From assembly GCA_934526185.1 (NCBI GenBank), contig CAKTAA010000002.1, forward strand, positions 24,345-88,344: 64,000 nucleotides of DNA, read 5' to 3'. The notes beneath the pieces were generated by a model. The model made no database searches, was not told the origin of the DNA, and saw only the letters and a list, made by a program, of their open reading frames with translations. Source of the stretch: an uncultured Eubacteriales bacterium (GTDB taxonomy: Bacteria > Bacillota > Clostridia > Oscillospirales > CAG-272). Positions 25,101-33,844 of the stretch are shown piece after piece. Within the stretch, counting starts at the first letter, position 1; each line of letters starts with the position of its first letter. A program made the position numbers and the translations under genes.

Positions 25101-25355
25101 AACCTGCTGGACGCCCTGACAAACGGGGAAATTGCAATGGTTATCAATACGCCGGCGTCAACCAGCGCGCGGTCAATACATGATGACTCCTATATCCGGA
25201 AAACGGCAATTCGAAAAAAGGTTTCCTATATGACTACACTGGCGGCTGCAAGGGCAGCGGCGGAAGCACTTCGCGAACTTGAGAACGGCAAGTTCGGCGG
25301 AGTAAAATCTCTTCAGGATTACCATGCCGCAATTACCGGACCGGAAGAAAAATAA
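22113..25355 (+). CDS. carB: Carbamoyl-phosphate synthase large subunit
   Basis: [37 protein letters not shown]... with duplicated ATP-grasp halves (second half [24 protein letters not shown]) and a C-terminal MGS-like domain. RBS GGAGGAG. The track start at 21969 is upstream of the RBS and was rejected. Confidence 0.95.
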   Translation: [1080 protein letters not shown]

Positions 25356-25440
25356 ATATTCCCTGTCGGTTTCGCTTCTCCCTCAGTGAAATACTGGTGA
25401 CGAAACGCGTGTCGGACGGCCTTTTAAGGGCATATTCGGG

Positions 25441-25472
25441 AGATGTCCGCGGTTTTATAACCGCGGACATCT
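25441..25472 (+). terminator. Hairpin downstream of carB
   Basis: 14-bp perfect stem AGATGTCCGCGGTT / AACCGCGGACATCT with a 4-nt loop. The U-tail is poor (GTTATGTG). Confidence 0.5.
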
Positions 25473-26088
25473 GTTATGTGTGACAGAACCGTTTTCCAAT
25501 TTAACATAAATTTATACTGTTCGCGGCATACTTTAAAACGGACTGACAAAGGCAGGAAAGTATAGGAATAAAGTACAAACTTATTTCAGGCGGTGTTTTA
25601 TCTTTTGTTGTTTTTATCCATCATTACAGAGCATAAAATTTTCTGTTATAAAAGGTATAAAAATCTTATGAAACCTCTTTACAACTTGAAAAAAAGGGTG
25701 TATAATCATTTCTTATATCAGATTGATATCTCGCAGTTCAATGGAGATACTTTGGCAAAATATATAGCAAATGAGCTTGAAAACAATTGGCGGCAGATTT
25801 TATCGGAAATAAGTATTCGAATCGCATAAGAGAGCCTGAAGTCATAGAAGGGAAAGCTTTTTTCTTTCGCTTGTTTTGTTCAATATTACTGATCAACAGA
25901 ATGATAATTCTTGCAGAGCAGCAGGAGCAGCGGCCCGGCAGAGGCAGGTGAGGGACGCAGGCTCCTGTTCCGTGCGTTCGGAAATGACAGTGTTCGCTGC
26001 GGATATTGTTTTTGTCTGATGTCTCGGACGGTATTCGGCATATCTGTCAGAAAAATTGATATGTCCGGGATAGGAAGGGGGACGGCGT

Positions 26089-26370
26089 ATGGCCTTTGCT
26101 GTTATTGGTCTGCTTTTTGGCGGTATACAGTTTTATCTGTTATACAGAATTACATGCAGTCTGTTGAAAAACGAGGGAAAAAAATGGCCGTTTGCTCTGG
26201 CAAAGATTTCTTTATATACAATTGCCGGCATTCTCTTTCTGACGGTATTTCAGGCACATCTTATGCCTTTCGGAATAGGCATGGGCGCAGGAATGATAGC
26301 GGCGGCATTTATCTTTTTTTGCAGGACGGCTTACGATCAGAACCGCAATGGTAAAGGTGGAGATGATTGA
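26089..26370 (+). CDS. Small membrane protein at the head of the atp operon (AtpI-like position)
   Basis: 93 aa with three predicted hydrophobic helices. RBS GGAAGGGGGA. Position and size fit ATP synthase protein I, but there is no diagnostic motif. Confidence 0.5.
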   Translation: MAFAVIGLLFGGIQFYLLYRITCSLLKNEGKKWPFALAKISLYTIAGILFLTVFQAHLMPFGIGMGAGMIAAAFIFFCRTAYDQNRNGKGGDD

Positions 26371-26430
26371 AGAAGGGGTGCCGCATATATGCAATGTTTG
26401 GCGGTTCCTCCGTTGTGCAAATAGAGAATC

Positions 26431-27978
26431 ATGCTTCATTCCTTTGCAGCAATTTTAAAAGAAAGGAACTCTTTGCAAAAGCAAAGGCTGGTGATAAAGA
26501 TGCAGACAGAAACAATCATTCAGCTAGCAGTATCGGCGTTTGTGGCTGCTTTATTTCTGATTCTGCGGGCATTTGTCAAGACACGGGGATGCGAACGGCC
26601 CGCCGGTCGTTACTCCATAAAACTGAAATTCTGGCTGGAAGCTGCACTTGTTTGTCTCGGTACCGCCGTTATCGTCAATACGGCGGCAGCATCGGCAGCA
26701 AGAGCTTTGATAGACTTCAAACCGGGAATGCTGACATGGACAGCGGCCGGTCTGCTTGTACTGTCTGCGGTGCTCGGCGTTGCCTGCGGGTATATGGTTT
26801 CATCCCGGCGCAAAAACGGCAAGCCGGAGCACGTTGAAGATAAGCTGCAGGAGGGGACCGAAAACCGGAAGAAAAAGAAAACAAAAACATCGTCATGCGG
26901 AAGTGCCGGCATTCTTTTGCGTGTGATTCTGCTGAGCCTTTTTGGGGGATGCGTTCTGTTTCTGATGGATCTCAAGGGGATGAATTTCAGTGAGGTCGTC
27001 CGGATATTTTCTGCAAAAATGACAGCGGGTGGTATAAGCGTAGCATGGACGGCAATTGTGATCGGAATTTTTGTATGCCTGACTCCCGCCTTGGCGTTGC
27101 TCCTCCGACATCGGTATGCATCAGGAAAGCGCGGTGCCTGTGCCAGCTACTTTGGTGCGCACTACATTGCTGAACAGGCACCTGATACGCCTAAAAAAAT
27201 CAAACGCAAGCTTCGCCTGATGACAATGATAATTGTTATATCCGCTTGGTATTTTACAGGCGTGCTCCTGAACTGGCTCTCGGGCGGCAAAGGCGGCGGA
27301 CTTCAGGTAGAATTTGAAATGTTCTCCGAGAGAACGACACTGTTCGGTCTTTCAATAGCGAATACTACGATACTGACATGGGTGGTTATCGGTGTTGTTT
27401 TGCTTTTTGCTTTGATTTTTCGTTTTCTGGTCTTTCCCCGTTTTCGGGAGAGGCCGCAGGGACTGCAGAACGTCATGGAACTGGCGGTGGAAGCTATGGA
27501 CAGCTTTGCAAAGAATACAGTAGGAGAATACGGGGCAAGTCTGTCGCCGTATATGTTTTCCATAGCGGTTCTGATGGTGGGCTGCGCGGCAACAGAGCTA
27601 TTCGGCCAGCGTCCACCGACGTCGGATCTCTTGATGACGGGAACAATGGGACTGGTTACCTTTGCACTCATCAATTATTACGGTTTCCGCAAAAAGGGCA
27701 TTGGCGGAAGAATACGCGGAATGGCAAAGCCTTCGCCGGTAATATTTCCCATGAAGGTACTGAGTGATGTGGCGGTACCGGTATCTCTTGCGTGCCGTCT
27801 GTTTGGCAATATGCTCGGCGGTATGATAGTTATGGATCTTCTGAAATCGTCGCTGGGGGGATATTCGGTCGGCATTACGGCGCTGGCCGGCATTTACTTT
27901 AATCTGTTTCACCCGCTGATACAGACATATATTTTTATCATTTTATCCATGACTTTTATAAATGAAGCGACGGAATGA
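26431..27978 (+). CDS. atpB: F0 ATP synthase subunit a with a ~260-aa N-terminal multi-TM extension
   Basis: The C-terminal 252 aa (from M264, nt 27220) are canonical subunit a: TLFGLSIANTTILTWVV..., LACRLFGNMLGGMIV (essential Arg), FHPLIQTYIFIILSMTFI. The upstream 263 codons are open in the same frame and predicted membrane-spanning. The start may be 26431 or 26500. Confidence 0.85.
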   Translation: MLHSFAAILKERNSLQKQRLVIKMQTETIIQLAVSAFVAALFLILRAFVKTRGCERPAGRYSIKLKFWLEAALVCLGTAVIVNTAAASAARALIDFKPGMLTWTAAGLLVLSAVLGVACGYMVSSRRKNGKPEHVEDKLQEGTENRKKKKTKTSSCGSAGILLRVILLSLFGGCVLFLMDLKGMNFSEVVRIFSAKMTAGGISVAWTAIVIGIFVCLTPALALLLRHRYASGKRGACASYFGAHYIAEQAPDTPKKIKRKLRLMTMIIVISAWYFTGVLLNWLSGGKGGGLQVEFEMFSERTTLFGLSIANTTILTWVVIGVVLLFALIFRFLVFPRFRERPQGLQNVMELAVEAMDSFAKNTVGEYGASLSPYMFSIAVLMVGCAATELFGQRPPTSDLLMTGTMGLVTFALINYYGFRKKGIGGRIRGMAKPSPVIFPMKVLSDVAVPVSLACRLFGNMLGGMIVMDLLKSSLGGYSVGITALAGIYFNLFHPLIQTYIFIILSMTFINEATE

Positions 27979-28175
27979 ACCGGATAAGAAATCGGGGAAG
28001 CAGCGGAACCTCTGCGCTACCGATTTCCCTGTACCTGTCAGCAAAAGGCAGGGCCGGGCATGCCCTTTCTTCCTGACAGCAAATTGTTTATGCGGGAGAG
28101 GCGGAGTGTCATCAGGCTCGGCCGTAAAAATAGAAATAATGTTGTAATTTAATGAGAACACGGAGGAAAAGAGAA

Positions 28176-28388
28176 ATGAACGGATTAGCAGCTGCTTTGG
28201 CATTGCTTCCCGCTATGGGAGCCGGAATTATGATGGGATTTGCAACCAGTAAGGCGGTCGAGGCGGTAGCGCGGCAGCCGGAGGCGTCGGGTAAAATCAA
28301 TTCAATTTTGCTTTTGGGACTTGCGCTTGCGGAATCTACGGCAATTTACGCGTTTGTGGTAGCGCTTCTTTTGTTTACAAAGGCATAA
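28176..28388 (+). CDS. atpE: F0 ATP synthase subunit c
   Basis: [67 protein letters not shown]. This is the hairpin proteolipid with the RQPE loop and carboxylate Glu in helix 2. RBS GGAGGA lies 8 nt upstream of ATG 28176. Confidence 0.95.
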   Translation: MNGLAAALALLPAMGAGIMMGFATSKAVEAVARQPEASGKINSILLLGLALAESTAIYAFVVALLLFTKA

Positions 28389-28530
28389 AACAGCAGATCA
28401 GTTCGCCCGAAAAGGCAACATTCATATACGGAGAAGCCTGAAGGCGGATTTTATAGTAAAATTTACGGTCTGCGGAGACGGCTCAGCGGTTATCGGATTC
28501 GGACATGCACAGAAAGGATAGACAGGAGTC

Positions 28531-29028
28531 ATGGAGGGGTTATCGTTATCAAATATACCGGTTGATTTGCTGCTCAATCTCATCAATATTGTTTTGTTGT
28601 TTTTGATAGTACGTGCGCTGGTTTATAAACCGGTAAGAAAATTTCTGGACGCACGGACAGAACGCATACAGAATCAGGAGAAGGCTGCCGCTGAAAAGCT
28701 GGCAGAGGCGGAACGCCTGAAAACAGAATACGGCGAAATGCTGAAGCAGGGAGAAGCAGAAGCACGCCGTATAGAAGAGGGACGCGCGGAGCAGGCTTCA
28801 ATGGAAGCGGAAAAGATTGTGTCGGAAGCCAAAAAGAAGGCAAATGCTTTGATTGATGAGGTACGCGAAAGGTCAGAGGCGGAGAAGAAGGAGGCGATGC
28901 TCGGCATGAAGAACGAAGTGGCGGAGCTGGCGCTCGAAATCTCAGAAAAAATTCTGCGCAGGGAGATAAATGACAGAGACAACCGCAGGATTGCGGAGGA
29001 GTTTTTTGCAGCGGATATCAAAAAATAA
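28531..29028 (+). CDS. atpF: F0 ATP synthase subunit b
   Basis: 165 aa. A single N-terminal TM helix is followed by a long charged coiled-coil (EAERLKTEYGEMLKQGEAEARRIEE...). Confidence 0.85.
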   Translation: MEGLSLSNIPVDLLLNLINIVLLFLIVRALVYKPVRKFLDARTERIQNQEKAAAEKLAEAERLKTEYGEMLKQGEAEARRIEEGRAEQASMEAEKIVSEAKKKANALIDEVRERSEAEKKEAMLGMKNEVAELALEISEKILRREINDRDNRRIAEEFFAADIKK

Positions 29029-29043
29029 GAGGGAGGCACTGAG

Positions 29044-29262
29044 GTGAAAACAATCACCGTCACACATGCCGGCAATTTGTCAGAGGATACGCTTGCCTAT
29101 ATCCGGGGAGAAATCGACCGGAAATACGGTGAGGATTATGTGTTTGAGGTAGAAGTGAATCCGTCGCTTGTCGGCGGTTTCCTCCTGAATATTGACGGAA
29201 AGGTTTTTGACGTCAGTCTGAAGACACGATTGGAACAAATGAAAGAGCATATTGAAAAATAA
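29044..29262 (+). CDS. atpH: Truncated F1 delta (OSCP) subunit, C-terminal domain only
   Basis: 72 aa from GTG 29044 (RBS GAGGGAGG 7 nt upstream). VNPSLVGGFLLNIDGKVFDVSLKTRLEQMKEHI matches the delta C-terminal signature (d.sLiGG..i..gd.v.D.S....L..l). The usual ~100-aa N-terminal helical domain is missing. Confidence 0.75.
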   Translation: MKTITVTHAGNLSEDTLAYIRGEIDRKYGEDYVFEVEVNPSLVGGFLLNIDGKVFDVSLKTRLEQMKEHIEK

Positions 29263-29282
29263 AGAACGGGGGTGCGGAAGAC

Positions 29283-30827
29283 GTGTTTGATACGGAGCTT
29301 GAAAATCTCGGTGAATATTTGAAAAAACGCATCGCGTCCTACGAACCGGAGCCGGTCGCATACCGTTTCGGACATGTGTCCCGAACCGGCGACGGCGTGG
29401 TGCGCGTAGCCGGCCTTCCCAACCGCCGGTACGGTGAGCTGCTCGAGTTTGAGGGCGGCGTATACGGAATGACACTGGATCTCGAAGAAGAGGGAACAGG
29501 AGCAGTGCTGCTGAGCGCTACGGATAATGTGAGCATCGGAGACACGGTGCGCGGTACAAACCGAGTGGTAGAAATACCGGTAGGGGAAGAGCTGCTCGGC
29601 CGAATTGTGGATCCGATCGGGCGGCCCTATGACGGGGAACCGCTTGACGCACGGATGACGCTCCCTGTTGAGAGGCCGGCGCCGCCGCTGATTGACCGCC
29701 GACCTGTGGATACGCCGCTGCAAACGGGTATTATGGCGATTGACAGCATGATCCCGATCGGACGCGGTCAGAGAGAGCTTATCATCGGTGACAGGCAGAC
29801 GGGAAAATCCACCATTGCGCTGGACACGATTTTGAATCAGAAACGGAGCGGTGTGGTCTGCGTCTACTGTGCTATCGGGCAAAAGGCTTCAACGATTGCA
29901 CAGGTCATACGCACGCTTCGCGAGGGGGGAGCGATGCCTTACAGCATTGTTGTAGCGGCAACAGCCTCCGACAGTCCGGCTATGCAGTATCTGGCGCCGT
30001 ATGCAGCCTGTGCGATTGCGGAAAGCTTCATGGAAAAGGGGCGGGACGTGCTGGTGGTATACGATGATTTGTCCAAGCACGCCGTTGCGTACAGGACTAT
30101 GTCACTGCTTCTTCGACGTCCGCCGGGTCGGGAGGCCTATCCCGGAGACGTATTTTATCTGCACAGCCGTCTGCTCGAACGCGCTGCATGCCTTTCCAAG
30201 GAAAAAGGCGGCGGAACCATGACAGCGCTGCCTATCATTGAGACCACGGGCGGCAACATTTCCGCCTACATTCCGACCAACGTCATTTCCATCACGGATG
30301 GTCAGATTTACCTGGAAAGCGAGTTGTTTCACAGTGGAATCAGGCCGGCGGTCAATACGGGACTTTCTGTTTCCCGTGTCGGCCGTGCTGCTCAGCACCC
30401 GGCGATGCGCCGCGTTTCCGGTTCGCTTCGTATTGAGCTTGCACAGTACCGGGAAATGGCGGTTTTCGCCAGATTCGGCGCGGATATCGATCCCTCGACC
30501 AAACGCATGCTGACGCGCGGTGAGCATCTTACCATGCTGTTTAAGCAGAACAAGGGCCTGACCTATTCGCTCAGCGATATGGTGTGTCTGCTGTTCGCCT
30601 TTAATCGCAATACTTTTGAATCCTTTGAGGCGGCTGATATGTCTGAGACAGGAGGAGATATGCTTCGTTACCTCAGACAGCGGTGTCTGCCGCTGATTCA
30701 GCGAATTGAGCAGACCGGGGCGCTTGACGAGGACGGGGTGGATGCGCTCGGTACCCATATCGATCAATGGCTTGCTGATAAGCAGAGGGAACGGGAGAAC
30801 GCTGCAGGGGCCGGCGGTGAGGTATAA
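29283..30827 (+). CDS. atpA: F1 ATP synthase alpha subunit
   Basis: GDRQTGKSTIALDTILNQ (Walker A), VYCAIGQKAST, LVVYDDLSKHA, and so on. GTG start. Confidence 0.95.
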   Translation: MFDTELENLGEYLKKRIASYEPEPVAYRFGHVSRTGDGVVRVAGLPNRRYGELLEFEGGVYGMTLDLEEEGTGAVLLSATDNVSIGDTVRGTNRVVEIPVGEELLGRIVDPIGRPYDGEPLDARMTLPVERPAPPLIDRRPVDTPLQTGIMAIDSMIPIGRGQRELIIGDRQTGKSTIALDTILNQKRSGVVCVYCAIGQKASTIAQVIRTLREGGAMPYSIVVAATASDSPAMQYLAPYAACAIAESFMEKGRDVLVVYDDLSKHAVAYRTMSLLLRRPPGREAYPGDVFYLHSRLLERAACLSKEKGGGTMTALPIIETTGGNISAYIPTNVISITDGQIYLESELFHSGIRPAVNTGLSVSRVGRAAQHPAMRRVSGSLRIELAQYREMAVFARFGADIDPSTKRMLTRGEHLTMLFKQNKGLTYSLSDMVCLLFAFNRNTFESFEAADMSETGGDMLRYLRQRCLPLIQRIEQTGALDEDGVDALGTHIDQWLADKQRERENAAGAGGEV

Positions 30828-30944
30828 ATCCGGGAATTAACGCTGTCTTGGCTATCCTGATTAAAAAAGAGTGAATCGGCAGTTTCATGTGAGCGGTTTT
30901 ATAGGATAGCGGCGCGTAAAAATGAGCTGAGGAGATCCGGGAAT

Positions 30945-31820
30945 ATGAAATCAATGAATGAAATCCGGCGGAACCAGAGAGCGGTTCAGGAAACGCGCCA
31001 GATAACAAATGCTATGTACCTGCTTTCCACATCGCGCATGAAAAGAGCGATGTCGCAAATTGGCTATAATCAAGTATACATGCGCCGGATCCGCGCGGCA
31101 GTTAAGGATGTGCTCGACAAGGCGCAGGGGGCCAAGCACCGGTATCTGGACAGAACACGTTCCGGAAGGGCGGCCTTTGTTGTCATGGCTTCTGACAAGG
31201 GACTGTGCGGTGCCTATAACGCGAATGTGGTACATCTTGCAGAGAAAAAATGCGCATTGTACAGCAATCCGTATGTGACGACTGTTGGCATTTGCTCGAC
31301 CAAAATGCTTCAGTCACGCGGAATTCCGGTACACCACGAATGGCTCGGAGCGTCGCAGCAGCCGTCTATCTACTACGCCAGACAGATCGGAGAAAATCTG
31401 GTGGAGCTGTATCGCGACAGCGTGGTGGATGAGGTGTACGTCGTTTATACGCATTATTACAGCCAAATGAAGCAGGAGGCAGTGTGTGTACGACTGCTGC
31501 CCCTGTCGGCGGAGGATTTCGGCGATGTATCGCTGGAGTACAACTATCGGGCGGACATTATCTATGAACCTTCGATTGAAGCTGTTTTCGATACGCTTGT
31601 CCCGCAGTATGTAATTGGTCTGGTATACGGGTGTCTGAATCAGGCCTCGGCCAGCGAGCATGTCACGCGGATGAACGCCATGCAGAACGCGACGCACAAC
31701 GCGGACGAAATGCTCCGACGGCTGAATTTTGAATACAGCATGGCAAGGCAGACGGCTGTGACGAATGAGATAACGGAGATAGCAGCAGCAATGGAAATTA
31801 TCGGAACGAGATCGGTATAA
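30945..31820 (+). CDS. atpG: F1 ATP synthase gamma subunit
   Basis: N-terminal MNEIRRNQRAVQETRQITNAMYLLS and C-terminal RQTAVTNEITEIAAAMEI coiled-coil signatures. Confidence 0.9.
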   Translation: MKSMNEIRRNQRAVQETRQITNAMYLLSTSRMKRAMSQIGYNQVYMRRIRAAVKDVLDKAQGAKHRYLDRTRSGRAAFVVMASDKGLCGAYNANVVHLAEKKCALYSNPYVTTVGICSTKMLQSRGIPVHHEWLGASQQPSIYYARQIGENLVELYRDSVVDEVYVVYTHYYSQMKQEAVCVRLLPLSAEDFGDVSLEYNYRADIIYEPSIEAVFDTLVPQYVIGLVYGCLNQASASEHVTRMNAMQNATHNADEMLRRLNFEYSMARQTAVTNEITEIAAAMEIIGTRSV

Positions 31821-33227
<1,407 letters not shown>

Positions 33228-33323
33228 GGAAGCCCGTAAAAAATGTCTGAATTTCAAGGAAGTCGAGGGGCGGATAAATCTGTTTGAAAAAATAGAACGG
33301 AAATAAGGAGACGGGAGAGCGCC

Positions 33324-33734
33324 ATGAGCAGGCCTTTTAAATTGGAAATTATCACGCCGACGCGCGAATTTTTAGAAATGACAGCGGAAGCCGTGTCGGC
33401 TTCAACACCGGATGGCGAGATAACGGTTTTGGCGGGACATGCGCCGATGGTAGCTGCGCTGAGCATCGGCGAGCTGAAATGTAAGGAAGTCGGCGGTGTA
33501 TGGAGAAAGGCCTTTCATTCAGAGGGATTTATGGAGGTCAGGCCGGATGAGGTTCTGATTTTTGCACAGGCCTGCGAGTGGCCGGAGGAAATCGACATAA
33601 AACGCGCGGAAAGCGCACGCGAACGGGCGCTTGAGAAGCTGCGGCAGAAGCAGAGCATATACGAGTATCAACACACAAACATTTCGCTTGCCCGCGCTAT
33701 GACGCGGCTGAAACTGACGAAGGGCAGAAAATAG
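33324..33734 (+). CDS. atpC: F1 ATP synthase epsilon subunit
   Basis: 136 aa. FKLEIITPTREF...GEITVLAGHAPMVAAL pattern and a C-terminal helical hairpin. Confidence 0.9.
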   Translation: MSRPFKLEIITPTREFLEMTAEAVSASTPDGEITVLAGHAPMVAALSIGELKCKEVGGVWRKAFHSEGFMEVRPDEVLIFAQACEWPEEIDIKRAESARERALEKLRQKQSIYEYQHTNISLARAMTRLKLTKGRK

Positions 33735-33844
33735 CCGGCTACTGCCACGCAGAATGCGGATATCCCAAAACGCCGGCAGTATAACAGGCAGTACAAAATA
33801 TAAATCAATTATGAAAACAGAAACCATGACAGGAGAACGGAAAA

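Noticed and set aside
25593-25829. A 78-aa ORF in the AT-rich region between carB and the atp operon.
   Set aside because: It has a GTG start without an RBS, low-complexity Lys/Tyr/Ile-rich composition driven by AT-richness, and no motif. It is not supportable as a gene.
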